A stretch of 64,000 bases of DNA from Lytechinus pictus. Its lineage: Eukaryota. Location: NCBI RefSeq assembly GCF_037042905.1, contig NC_087263.1:2046001-2110000 (forward strand), given 5' to 3'. Positions 50,581-64,000 of this stretch are shown one piece after another. Within the stretch, counting starts at the first letter, position 1, and each line of letters opens with the position of its first letter. The notes under the pieces were generated by a model, which saw nothing but the letters and a program-made list of their open reading frames with translations, had not been told where the DNA came from and made no database searches. The translations under genes and the position numbers were made by a program.

Positions 50581-53500
50581 GTGCATACAGTTGCCAGCGC
50601 CAGGTTTGGATATTTGAAAGGGTGTCATTATTGAGGTAGCCAGATAGCATTTGAATCCCGAAGCACTGGTTGGTCTAAAGAATTAATTAAGGATTGTGCA
50701 TCATTTCATTACACAAACACCTCTCAACTACTAGTACAAGTAAGTTGTGTTGAATATACATCATTTTTATGATAACTACTAATTATTGTGGATAAATTCA
50801 GACTGTGTTAAATCGATATTCGAACGACTGTGATCACGACTGTGTGTAAATGCACACACATTTAGCAATATTTACCTGCTGACAATAGTGGAAATTAGAT
50901 AGCGATCTGTCACTTTGAACTTGCGATTTTCCGAATCGAATTACATACAATGTTTCCCGATGCTGTGCTCATGAAATCGAATTTAAATGTGTATGTGTGA
51001 GGTAGGGCGGGTGTGTGTGTGTGTGTGTGGATGGGTTAGGGTTAGCTTGATGTTGAAGCTTGATTTAAAATGGGATGCAATGATAATACATTTAGGTTGA
51101 TTTCTGTTTTCCTGCAAATCATTTATATAGCCATTTAACATTAATTATTATTGAAATACATAGAGGGTTGGGGACTCACTTGAGTTATTTTCTTTTTTCA
51201 GATATAAAAGTATAATTTTAAGGAGTTTCATTCCGTCCTTATTTGCTTTAGTTCTTGGTAAATATATATGTACTTTTTTTGCATATCCTTGTTGATATGA
51301 AATGAAGATTTGTATTTTGTTTTGTATTTATCTGCAGTTTATGTAATTCATTTGAATGAAATCCTTAATAAAAACATATTGAAAAAAAAAAAAAAAAAAT
51401 GGGTGTCAGGTTGTAGGATGTATGTGATGGTGTGTATGTGTGTGTGATGGTGTGTATGTGTGTATGTGTGTGTGTGCAGGCGTTTGTATGTATGTATGGT
51501 CAACGCTTTGGACTAGTGGAAGATTGCACACGGTCCACGTTTTATATATACGATTCGCAAATTGGTAACTTCGCCATTATCGTAAGTACGAGGAAATCTT
51601 TGATTTTGATTGATCCTTAGCCCTACTACCATCGTAGCTACAATAAACGCAAATTTATTAAGATAGTGATTATTTGTGAAAGGAGGGCCCCCGGGAGGTC
51701 AATATAATCTCAAAATTTTCAGCATTTGACTTCATAATATTTGCAAAGCAAATTTATTATATTTACATTCTCTAAGCTAAATAGAATAACAAAGTTATTG
51801 ATTCCTTCATGATATAAAAGTTTATCTTAAGCAAACTGTATATCTTTCCCACATGTTTAATTTGCACCATAATTTATATACGTGAACATGCGGCATGATG
51901 TGCCGAAACTGCACGTGTGGAATGGTTATTGATGTATAGTTGGCATATCTGTAGCTCCTTTTCCATGAGATACAGAGGGCTATGAGATACCATTCCTGGT
52001 CAGTATAGGAGATAACGGGTAGAGGTGTTGTGGTTCAGTGAATAAGTCTTTGGACTCTAAACCACAGGGTCTGGTGTTCAAATCCCACCGCGACACGCTC
52101 GTTCTTTGGCAAGACGTTTAGCTATACTTATGCCACTCTCCACCCGATTCTTAATTCCTTATTAATTGATTAATAGATTGATTAATATTTTATTGAACTA
52201 TATCTGAAATTTTTTTATTTAGCGTTTCTCTTCACAGAAACCCCACAACAATTTGACTTTTAGATATAAAAAACAAGAAAAATTAAAAAATAAGACAGAT
52301 CAGTCAAGCATCATGAATGATACATAAAATGTGATAAAATATCGACTTACCAAAACAATTATATACACAAAGTAGACAATATGAAAATAATAATGATGAC
52401 ACTACATGTTAATGATTTGTGATACAGGAAATACATTTAAGTGCCTCTGTTTAATTTGCCCCTTTGCAATGTAAACTATTTCTAGATACACCTGATCAGC
52501 AATATTGTAACTATTAGAATCGATAAAAAGTCTTCTTATTATCAGATATACACATACGAAGTTGTTTGATATTTCTTACAATAAAATACACAATATAACG
52601 AGTTATATTACCCGCGTACGTTGTGCAGGTAACTCAACTTTGAAATGTAACTTTCTAAAGTTTACATTCCATATTCAGTTTTAATTTTGTTTTATTTAAC
52701 TCATCATTCAGTTGGGGGTGTCCTTGACCTTTAACCTATACAAGCATGTAGTCAGCGATCGATGAATGGGAGCACAACAGGGGGCGGGGCTTTATGATTT
52801 CATGGGGGTGGAATCATGTGAGCAAATTTTTTTTTGGGGGGAGGGGGTAAGCGCATACGCGTAGGCCTATCTGGTATGTCAGGAAAAGGGGGGTGATACA
52901 CAAATATGCATATATACGGTGCTTATAAAAATACACTTTGACAATCTCAGATAAAATAAAAAAATTTCATGACATATTTTAACATTTAGATATAATTGGC
53001 ATAATTATATAAGTCATTTTAAGCGAATGGCGGTATGATGACAACAAAAATTCTGCTTGAATGACCACCACTTACTTCAAAAAAGGTTCGTGAAAATGGC
53101 TTGCGCCCCCAAAATTGGAAAGAACTTGTTTATCATGAAGACCACATGTACTTAAGCTAAGAAGATTGATTTGAAGATATTTTACCCCCTTTTTAACCCT
53201 TTCCCCTGCAAACTTGCCAAACACGATCCATCAAGCCCCTCCCATTCCCACCTACATGTAGACCATTGTGACATATCTGCTTTAATAGGAGCTGTGAACC
53301 ACATGGAAATAGGTTTTATTTTGTGTCTTGTCATTCCTTTGTTTCAATTTTCTTGTCATAATTGAGAAAGTGCGGAGAAATGTGAATAAAATGTAAACCC
53401 CATCTCAAAGTACAAAACGCAATCAAGAAAAACCGCTTGAGATTTAAAATGAATATTAAGTTTTGTTTTCTTTGATATGTTTCATTTCATGCCCCCTCAG

Positions 53501-54781
53501 ATCCAGTTGTCAAAACAACTTGGGGTTCTAAATTACTTAGGGATAAAATTTTAATTTCCGTAGTAAAGTTGTTCAAACAATCTATAACGTTACATTTTTA
53601 TTTTCATGGATCAGAAAATACAGGGAAATAATTAAAAAAATGTACTGCGTGGCGAATTCGCTTTATTCTCTTATTCTTTGCATGGACCTATAGGTCCATG
53701 TTCTTTGACACAGCGTGAAAATCAGCACTTTTGCGCAAACCAATTTCTACATGCTTTACAAAAGGAGGCAGTCAAGCATGATATTCGGGCAATAATCAAG
53801 CTGGCATCTGACAGAAGAGACCGAAATCAAAGAGTTTATGTGGAAAAATATCACCATATTGTATTTTTTTAATTCAAGGACCTTTTCAAAGTATTAACTT
53901 TTTATTGATGTGCACTGTATACCCTCATTTACTTGCGCAGATCACAAAACATTCAATATTCTGACTTTGAGAGCGAGCAATGTGAGCGAGATAAAATAGT
54001 TGATATAAATTATACAATATAATTATGAGCGCGAAGCGAAAACCTATTACTTGTGAGATATAGATGACATGCAAGGGATGTTTAAAGCACAGTTAGGAGT
54101 TTTCATTTATCAGAAATTCTGAAGAAAAAAATTCTTACTGTTTTAATATGATATACATGAAATAATGCCGAAGACAGAATGTAAATGAAGTTATTGCGAC
54201 TGTCTGAAAAGGGCTCACCTGTCTTGTTTCATTTACTTACGAGTCAAAGTCACTTCAATTCATATCGGTTCCCTTATACTATCTTCAATTTCTATGTACA
54301 TAAATATTATGATTGACTTCGAACTTTGTGATATTTGACAATGCAATGCTAATTTTGTAAAATAAATTTAGAAAGAAATATCAAATAGCAAAAGGGGTAT
54401 ACTAATAACATTTCGACGGAGTTCCATTCTGCGCATGATCAGAAAAAGGTCATCTGTACTAATCAAAAGTGACATGGCGGTATAATATTTAATGAGACAA
54501 GCACCAACTTTGATGTCGTAATTATTCAAATATTTTTTTTGATTTGGGCTTTTCATTAGATCCACAAAAACAACAATGCGTCCACTAGCGACTGGTATTT
54601 CACAGTTAGCCAAGTACATTGATGTAACAACATGATAATGCGTTCATAGCAGAAATGCAACAAATACCTTCATAGAGTGTTTATTGTGTACTATTTTAGT
54701 CACCTGGTCTATGCGATTTCTGCATCCTGCTATGTAAGGCGTGCTTACATAATATCTTGCTTTGAAATTTGCCTTTCATAA

Positions 54782-55310
54782 TGAAAGAAATGAAAGGTCA
54801 TTTAACCGAAAAAAGCATATGAGATAACTCCAAACTGGTCTATTATTGTGCGGGGGGGGGGGGGTTAAATGTAATGAAAATGAAAATCACTAATTCAGAG
54901 TTACATGTAGAACTGATTGACGTGAAAGCAACGATATTCCTTTTATTCCCTTTTTGTTATGTTCAAAGCTTCCAGGGATGGCTGACAAAGTGTTTTGGTT
55001 TTTAAACGGGTTTATTTACATCATTGGTGTCTGTATGGTGTCTGTTGAAAGAAATGAAAGGTCATTTAACCGAAACAAAGCATATGAGATAACTCCAAAC
55101 CGGTCTATTATTGTGCGGGGGAGGGGGGTTAAATGTGATGAAAATGAAAATCACTTTCAGAGTTACATGTAGAACTGATTGACGTGAAAGCAACGATATT
55201 CCTTTTATTCCCTTTTTATTATGTTCAAAGCTTCCAGGGATTGTTGACAAAGTGTACCATCACGTCGTTCTGGTTTTTGAAATGGTTTTATTTACATCAT
55301 TGGTGTCTGT
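54782..55310. repeat. Direct tandem duplication, unit of about 264 bp, two copies
   Basis: TGAAAGAAATGAAAGGTCATTTAACCGAAA...CATCATTGGTGTCTGT starts at 54782 and again at 55046. Confidence 0.92.
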
Positions 55311-56557
55311 TGTTACCAGTTGCTAAGGACACATTAGTTGTTTGAGTTCTGTGTTGATGGATACAACATAATATAATGGCGCAGTCACATTTCCCCCGAC
55401 GACGGCCGTACGAAGAGTCGAAAACAGCCGGTTTATTGATTTATTTTTTCAAACCACCTATATGTATCTGGTACAAATAATGTTTAAACGGCTGTTTTCG
55501 ATCGTAGGGGGAATGTAACTGCAGCATCAGCTAGCCAGTGCACTTGACTCACTAACGCAACAAGCACACAAATTAAAAGGACCCCAAACCGACCGATGGT
55601 ATTCCATTGATTATAACGTTTTAACTTTGGTCTGCCTGGTGTCCGTTGTGTCAGTGTGACATGGGCATATCACCGCGCTGCTGCAGGAATTATGTGGAAA
55701 TAATTGATTGAGAAATAGCTCGCTGATTATTCACCCTTTTGAATGTGCTCCGTGATTGCCATGTTTATCCGGAGAATGTCGAACCAGATCAAGCGGATTC
55801 AAGAGAATGATAGAGAAAGGGAGGGAGATAAAGGGCCGGGGCGCTCTAAATCTTTGTTTTTGTATATTAAAACATAGCATATGGCGGCATATCAGCTACA
55901 TGGCTTTTCTATGCTTTCCGTCCGCCTAATTTCGAGGTAGACCTTTCTGCAGAGGTTCCTTTGACATCAGGGGGGGGGGGGGGGGCTAGGAGGCAATGGA
56001 CCCCCCCAAAAAAAAATAATAAAAAAAAAAATTAATAAAAAATGGTAATGATGATAATAATCACCACCAAGAAAAAAAGGATATTTTGGAAGACCATGAA
56101 GGAGAAAATGGATTACATGATATATATATTTTTTTTAATATTATCATGTCAAAATCTATTACAAATTTAGATGTTTGTGTTAGAAATGTGAAAAAAGTTA
56201 TCAAGTTTTTTGCTTGGTCGCAACATTTTTTTTACAAATAAGTCTCTCAATATGAGAGTTTCAGTTTTAGATTCAGCTTCATATAATTTCTCATTTATCA
56301 TAGTACAAAATACGAACGAATTCAACATAGTTAAGAAAGACAGTTTAGAAAGACATCAAATGATGCATACATAAACGCAGCATGTGGATAATACATTTAA
56401 AAAGGAGGGGTGGAATGACAGGATATCAACCCAAACCCCCTGCCTAAACAATGTTCAGAAAAAAAATGACAGCGAATTACTAGATTAGTAATACCGTGGA
56501 CCTACTACAGTAGTAGGTCCATGGTAATACCAATGCATTCTATTTTTTTCCACCAGT

Positions 56558-59500
56558 ATGGGCACCGGGACTAGCAAGGGGAGAAGAGCGGAAGGAAGCG
56601 GGCATAGCGGAGGAGGAGGAGGAGAAGGAGGTGGTCATGGTGGTGGAGGTGGAGGAGGAGGTGGATATGGTAGCGAACGGCCGACTGATGACATCTATTC
56701 AGAGTGGCTGATCTCGTGGATGAATCACTTAGGGCCTGTGGAGACCTTTGAAGAGGAGAACGATTTAGACGACGATCCCGTACCTGACGGGGGAGAAGGC
56801 GGAGGAGGAGCTGAAGGAGGAGGAGCAGCAGCAGCAGGAGGAGGAGATGGAGAGGCAGCAGGATCGGGTGGAACAGGTATGATCATCATGTTATTGAAAT
56901 ATCTTTTATACAGTAATAGAGCAACATAATAAATACGGAATACATTTACTTTGAAACACACTGCACTTTTGAAGACATTCATTCCTCAGACTAAAATCTT
57001 GTATTAAATAGATATGTCACACTTTCAGAAGACACGATTTGAGGACCTCACAAATAGGTTTTTGCAAGACATTTCTGCATTTATGGAGACAATCAAATAT
57101 AAGAATATAATGTTAACGTTACAAAATTGATTTAAAGAGGCGTGTGACAATTAATGATAACCTAATTCATATCAAAATCAACATCATATAAAAACGAATT
57201 AGATTACAAATCAATTGAATAAAAAGACAAATGCAGAGGAAGTAGCCTAATTTTTTATTGACCAGTTCGGTTTGGTTGCTATTTTTATGATAATTTCTAA
57301 CGGGGGGGGGGGGGGGTCGTCAGTGGCTTGAGGTATTCCTAACGAAAGATCATGTATTCATTACATACCCATTGAAAATGTTTTTTAGTCTTCTTTGGAA
57401 GACCCCCCCCCCCCCCCTCCAGTTATGGCCGCCATAAGTTGCGGTGATCTGGGCCCCGTCTTACAAACAATTACGATTGACATGATTGATCCAGTGCACT
57501 ACAACTATGGAAGCCAGCAACGCCAACATCTAAGATACATGTTTGTTCGAAATAGTTTCTGGATATATTCATACAATCATAGTTTTCTTGAAAACTCAGT
57601 GTGCTTCTTTTTGTTACAAAGGACATTAATGTGTAAATTTCCTGACGAAAATATTATGACGTTAATGGATTTCCATGTACTTGAGGTTGATCGGATCGGA
57701 GAGCTAGAAATTAAAGCAGAAGAAAAGTTCCTTGTACATGTAACCGTCATTTTTATAGCAATAAATCCCCACTATTAGTACTTTTCAATAATGAGAATGA
57801 ACCTGTCCCTGTGTATGCATACTGAATGGTATTGTTCATACAGGAGAAACTCCAGCTGCAGGTGGAAATGCAGGCGGGGGACAACCGGAGCGTCCAAAGG
57901 TGTCATCGCTCAAGATTACCGGTGTTGAACTCAATGTAAGATAAAGTTCGTTGTTAACACCATCATTTTAAGTTGAAGTTATCGACATGGTGAAATTTCA
58001 TTTAGTAATTTACTGAATAAAATGATTAATATTTATATCGGTCTTATGCATTTGAGTTGCACAGTTTGAAATGCCAAGTTAATCAATTTCTAGATTGTTA
58101 AGAAACATTATCTAACATCGCTGGGTATACTTATATTTTTCCTCTTCAATATCGGATCTTGTATTCCTCCTTTTAGCACTTATTCTTTGCATGTGCAGAT
58201 TTGCTTTGAACGCGTGTGTAAAAATACAGCCCATTAAAACATTTCATTTTATTATTATTATCACCATTATTATCATCATCATTATTATCAATATTATCAT
58301 TATTATTAATATTATCATCATCATCATCAACACCACAATTAAGAAAAAAAGGGGACGGGTACAAGAATCAGTCTTAGGATATTTGTCTCGGATTTTCACC
58401 ATTTGAATTGTTTGGTGCTTCGAATTCATGGTGTACCGTGAATAATATGTTTTGATTCTCTCTCTGCCATTCGAACCTAAAATGATATTGCATATTTAAA
58501 AAAAATGCATGTCAACGGCTGCAATGAACTATATGATTGGGAACACAGTTAATTGTCTCTTGCTTACCTTTATTCTCTTTATTTGTTTATTCGCTCTCTG
58601 CCTTTGAAACCTTAAATGATATTTCATACAAAAAATGCTAATCATGAGCTCCAATTAGGAATGACTGTTGCTTACTTTTTTCTTTGGATTTCTAGTCAAG
58701 TTCTAATGGCTTCTTGCACATGACGGATGAGTATGAATATGACGATAAAACCGGTCGAGAACTCATCATCCGGAGGGGCCAGGAGTTCAAAATAGACATC
58801 AACCTGAGCAGACCATTCAAACCAAACAAGGAACGCATCATCCTCCAGCTAACAGCTTCTGGTAAACATCAATCTACAGTCCATTATCAGAGTCTTTCTT
58901 TCTTTCTTTTTCTTATGCGTCTCTCCTTTTTAGGATATTGATCAGTGTAAAATATAAGTTTTGATCATGTGAAATATGAAGACTTCGCAAAGGCTCGAGG
59001 TCAGGTTCGAGGCAAATAATAATTTAGTCTACACATAATTGTATAACTCTTAGCTGTTCGATCAGCATTCATTAGTGTTAGTATGGTGTTTTCCTATCCA
59101 ATGCTGAATTATAGAAACAATAAAAATTATAATGATCGTGGTTGTTCTTTTGCAGCCAAGTGTCCAAGACCAACGGACGGTACTGTCATAAATCTGGACA
59201 TCAACGGCACGTACAAAGACGAAAATTGGAGCGCTAAGATGGAATCCTCCGAAGACAAATCCATCAAGGTCACAGTGAACAGCGCCCCCAATGCTATAGT
59301 CGGCACTTACAAGGTAACTGTCAAAGTCGAAAATAGCGCCAATGGAATGGAGACGGTGTTCCCTCAAGCGAGAAAGGTCTGGCTTCTCTTCAACCCATGG
59401 TGCAAACAAGATGCAGTGTACATGGAAGACAAGGCCGAACGAGATGAGTACGTCATGGCTGACACGGGAAGAATCTGGAGAGGCAGTGAGCGGAACAACC

Positions 59501-62500
59501 GACCTAAACCCTGGGTTTTTGGCCAGTTTGACCTGGACGTTCACCGGGTGGTCTTTGAGCTCTTGGAGGCACACGTAAAACCGAAGGACAGGCGCAGCGC
59601 TGTTAAGGTATCGAGGTGGTTCTCTTACATCATCAATGAGTTTGTCCTGGTGGGCAACTGGAGTGGGAACTACGAAGGGGGGACCAGACCAACGGCATGG
59701 AAAGGAAGCGTGAAGATCATCGAAGAGTATGGAACCACCAAGAAGCCTGTCAAGTAAGCTTAATATGTCATGTGTCTTTATGTATATTCAATTTTATGGC
59801 CCTATTTTGTGCTCCACTGAACGGCAACGGAGACATGGATTTTTCGACCAATGGATTTCAATATTTCAAACATGTTAATACTAGCTTTAGTCGTGAAATT
59901 TTATAATATTTTAAATCTAAATTTGATACCCTTGCCAATGGTTTAAAATGTCCTCATACCGAGTGGTCTAAAACATCTGACTTCATACATGCTAAGCCTT
60001 GGGTTCGATTCCCACAACGGCACTATGTCACGTGAAGTGACTTTTTATTATTATTTATTTACCATGTTTACTGCTACTTGAGACACCAAATAAGGGATAC
60101 ATAAACAAGTTATATTTCTTCCCTGACACACTACCTCCTGAACATGACATTCTATCAACATTGTTGTTTTATTGACGAACGGAAAATAATGTTTTAGGCA
60201 TGATTGATACTACCGTGTACATGTGTTATCTTAAAAAAAGAAAGAAAGTGGGCGCGTCGTGGTCTAGTGGTTCTAACTCTCGCCTTTCAAACAGAGGGTC
60301 GTGGGTTCGAATCCTAACCATGGCGTGTTTTCCTTCAGCAAGAAATTTATCCACACTGTGCTGCACTCGACCCAGGTGAGGTGAATAGGTACCCGGCAGG
60401 ATTAATTCCTTGCATGCACTGAGCGCCAGTGATGGTAGCTCGAGCTAAAGCCGGTGTAATAATAGCAGCGCTTTGTATTATCTGGCAAAAAGCGCTTTAT
60501 AAATCCAGCTTTTATTATTATTATTATCATTATTAAAGATCGCGAATTCTGTTTATTCCTTGTTTGCAGGTTCGGCCAGTGTTGGGTGTTCTCAGGGGTC
60601 TTGACCACCTTCCTTCGCTGTGTTGGGATACCGACCCGTAGCGTCACAAACTTCGACTCAGCTCATGACACAGAACTCAACATGACGATCGACAACTATC
60701 AAGACGCCGAAGGCAACGAACTGAGTTCTTCATTTTTCGCCTTTAGGGTAGGAGAAAAGGATAGGGAGAGGTCAACAGCAGATTCTATCTGGAATTTCCA
60801 CGTTTGGAACGAGTCATGGATGACGAGGAAAGACCTCCATGGCAGTGACTTTGATGGCTGGCAGGCTGTCGATTCAACCCCGCAGGAACTAAGCGAAGGT
60901 AGGCCTTGATTTTGTGATACCCTGAAAATTATATACATATGAATTTGTAGCTGAGTCGTGGTAGACCTAATAGTCACGATAGTAGCAGAAATAGTAGTAG
61001 TCGTGGCAGTTAGTAATTCAGCATTCACCTCGCAGACGCTTTCTACAACGCACAAATTCATTTGAAAATTCAGGTCATATCACAATGGATACACTGTTAA
61101 AAACAGTTATTATTACTGGCAGCTGGGACTCACAAACAGTAGAAACTGTTTTCTTACAATGGGTTAAAAATGAAAGAAAAAACTATCCGGATAACTGTTA
61201 AAAAAATTAATAACATTCATTTAACATGAACATCGCCATTATTTTGCAAATACGAACACTATTTATTCGAAAGATACACTGCAATCAATGTAAAACACGA
61301 TAGTTCGTTGGTATTTTAACAAATACATTTTACTTTGATTTACATTTAACTTGTAATTCTACGTTATATATCACTGCATAAATATGTTTGGTTTGTTAAA
61401 GGACAAGTTCACCTCAACAAAAATTTGATTTGAATAAAAAGAGAAAAATCCAACAAGCATACACTGAAAATTTCATCAAAATCGGATGTAAAATAAAAAA
61501 GTTATGACATTTTAAAGTTTCGCTTAATTTCACAGATTAGTTATATGCACATCCTGGCTGGTATGCAAATTAGGAGACTATGACGTCATCCACTCTATTT
61601 ATTTTGTATTTTATTATATGAAATATGAAATATTCTAATTTTTCCCTCATTTTCAAGTGATACAACGATTAATTCATCCCTGAATATGTGGAATTAACAT
61701 TGTTTAATACTAAATGGTTCAGTCAAGTTGGTCCTTATTGTCAAATCTATAAAAAAAATGAAATATTGTATAATTCAAACAATAAAAAACAAAAGAAATA
61801 GTGAGTGATGGACATCATCGACTGACTCACCTAGTAATGCATATCACTGTTTTGTGAAAAATAACCGAAACTTTAAAATGTCATAACTTTCTTATTTTAC
61901 ATCCGATTTTGATGAAATTTTCAACACTCTGCTAGTTTGAGTTTCTCTATTTATTCAAGTCAGCATTTTCCTGGGGTGGACTTGACCTTTAAATAAATGT
62001 GTCGTCTGTTTTTAAAAGGTAAACATCCTGTAAATTGACGATTTTCTTTGTTAATTTAATAATATTTTTTACGGTGCAGATTAGAGGTTATTGTCTAACG
62101 TTGGTGGACCGGAACAGCACGCCGTCTTGAAATTCGGACCGGAAGGAAAATAATTGCAAATATGTGTATGTCTTTTGTTCCAGAGTCCAGTACGACCCTG
62201 ATTTCCGACAAAGGCTGCTTTGTTATGAAGGGATTTTGACAAAAGATTATCAGGTTATAGAAACCGTTCATAATTTCAGAGTGAAATTTTTATTCAAAAG
62301 TTATTTTTATTCAAAAGTATTTTTTAAAGATTTGTCGTTTATCTTTCCCTGATACGATCATGGACCTATCCACGGAAGATTATTCTATTGTTACTGGGGG
62401 TGATGAGTATAAGCCAGTTCACGGTTAGCTCATGATCAACTTTTCTCAAATGACCTTTGTGATTTTTCATTAGGATAAGCACTATCATTTTCAAATGTAG

Positions 62501-64000
62501 ATGTTGCGTAAGCTTTACCGGTAGAGTATTCAAATTCTAAGAACAAAAGGCATTGTATAGACCAGGTGACTAGAATAGTACATCAGGGATAAAGTTTGGA
62601 AATCTGTTTTATTGTCTGCCTTTGGCACATTTGACTATTGTTTAGGCTACTGTCAAATACCAGTGATTATGAAGGCTCTATTTATTACTCTTCAGCTTGG
62701 ATGTGATAAATATTTTGAAAGGAATACACGAATAATCATCAAATCACAAATGCCTATGTCAGTGAATTTGAAAGCCACCTTCATGGTTGTCTCCAATGAC
62801 CCTTTTCTGCTCGTGCGCAGTTTACAACCGTGAACAGGCTTATTGTCACAGCACCCCCAGTAACAATAGATAATCCTCTGTGGCCAGGTCCATGTATACG
62901 ATTGTTTTTTTTTTCAAATAATAATCACATTTTTCCACAGGTAAATACCAGTGTGGCCCAGCTCCTCTGAATGCAATCAAACGTGGAATTGTGAACGTAG
63001 GATATGATGCAGGGTACGTAAAAATATTCATTTTTTTTCCATATAATATTAAAAAATGTTAAAGAGTAGGTGTGCACTTTGTAGTCATATTCCATCGACT
63101 TCTAACTCATCTGCCGGGGGGGGGGGGGAGCTAGAGAATTTATATAATTTCTCTTCGCACTGCGGTTTTATGTAGTTTTATTTGTTTTTCATTTTAATAT
63201 GTATGTTTTTTATGTGTTACTGTAATACTTTAAAATGTTTTCGTATTGTCTTACTTTAACATGTTTTTTTATGTTCACGGACTTGCTGAAAAGCAGTCTA
63301 TGATGACTGAATGTAAGTTTTACCGTGATTAAATGAATACAGTACAATATTGTACTAGATTACCTGATAAGATCTTTTCCCGCTATTCAAAGAACCAATT
63401 TTACATATAGGCCTACGATCATAACAATGAGAGTGAGTTTTGGCACTGCAACGCAGAATCAATTCTCTCATGCAGAAAATTCATTGAGAAAGTATGTCAA
63501 ATTACAATGAAAAAAAACTGGTAAGTCTTTGTCAAAAATTGGTGAATCGTAACATCAGGTTTCGAAGCTGAGGAAATATTACAAATATGCCGTTTGTCCA
63601 TATTCGAGGACGAAGCTGCTGTTTCAATTCATCGATCATCGACAAAGACCTCATTGTCATAAAGGGCATTGGACAATAGATTATCTACGTTCCAGAAAGC
63701 GTATGCGTAACTGATATGAAAATGATCTATTATACATTCAAAATTAGGCGTCTTTGATACACGAGTAGTATTTAGATATAATGATAAAAATCCCCAGGGT
63801 TAATAATGATATTACTATATCCTCTGGGGGAAGGCGCTATGAGATAATGACGTCATATCTGTTGACTGGTTAACCGTGCAATGTAATTGTTTTTCCTCTT
63901 CAAGATTTGTCTTCGGCGAAGTGAATGCAGACAGAGTAACCTGGCTAGTTGAAGCTTACCCTAATCATCGTGAAGGATTGAAATACACACAACTGTCTTG
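56558..64000 (+). CDS. TGM: Transglutaminase TG-C (3' part outside the window), closest to TG-B
   Basis: Exons 56558-56876, 57844-57935, 58696-58861, 59156-59753, 60570-60898, 62941-63013, 63905->64000, in phase. Motifs [40 protein letters not shown]. Intron positions match TG-B. Confidence 0.93.
60251..60532 (+). mobile_element. Near full-length tRNA-derived SINE in a TG-C intron
   Basis: A-box TGGTCTAGTGG, B-box GGTTCGAATCC, CCCAGGTG..GGTACCCGG core, AGCGCTTTATAAAT..(TAT)n tail ending about 40 nt before the catalytic-exon acceptor. Confidence 0.85.
61400..61988. mobile_element. Kolobok-like non-autonomous transposon, nested inside a CACTG-ended element (61092-62076)
   Basis: TTAA TSD at 61396-61399 and 61989-61992. 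AGG...CCT termini (AGGACAAGTTCACC / GGTGGACTTGACCT). Long internal inverted repeats. Confidence 0.82.

Noticed and set aside
56780-56830. Cystin-type AxEGG ciliary targeting motif in the TG extensions (PEGG, GAEGG, AGEDGG)
   Set aside because: No exact match, and such strings are expected by chance in Gly/Glu/Ala-rich sequence; not counted as evidence.
60251-60325. Possible tRNA gene
   Set aside because: It has A and B boxes but no convincing acceptor stem or poly-T terminator, and it continues into a SINE core and tail.

Overview
AT-rich, intron-rich animal genomic DNA with assembly gaps. The repeat landscape (tRNA-derived SINEs, CR1/L2 LINE fragments, many MITEs, (CAT)n/(TAG)n tracts) suggests an invertebrate deuterostome, probably an echinoderm; this is inference only. 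I assembled four spliced genes by hand using GT-AG sites and reading-frame phase. (1) A type II membrane gamma-glutamyltranspeptidase (GGT; +, 2268-14289, 11 coding exons, 640 aa) with intact catalytic Thr, a deleted lid loop and a Gly-Ser oxyanion hole. (2-4) Three protein-glutamine gamma-glutamyltransferases (transglutaminases): TG-A (-, 29739-19579, 856 aa), TG-B (-, 46697-35585, 811 aa) and TG-C (+, 56558 to the window end). All three TGs keep the Cys-His-Asp triad. The most striking signal is that all three TGs start with an MGxxxS N-myristoylation motif; TG-A's MGSGSSRSS matches my recollection of the ciliary protein cystin-1. All three also share an upstream non-coding element with paired RFX X-box-type GTTRCY sites 22 bp apart (58/66 nt identical between TG-B and TG-C). 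Together this suggests a candidate family of RFX-driven, myristoylated, possibly ciliary transglutaminases with remodelled Ca2+-binding loops, lying next to an atypical lid-less GGT. The ciliary role is a hypothesis.
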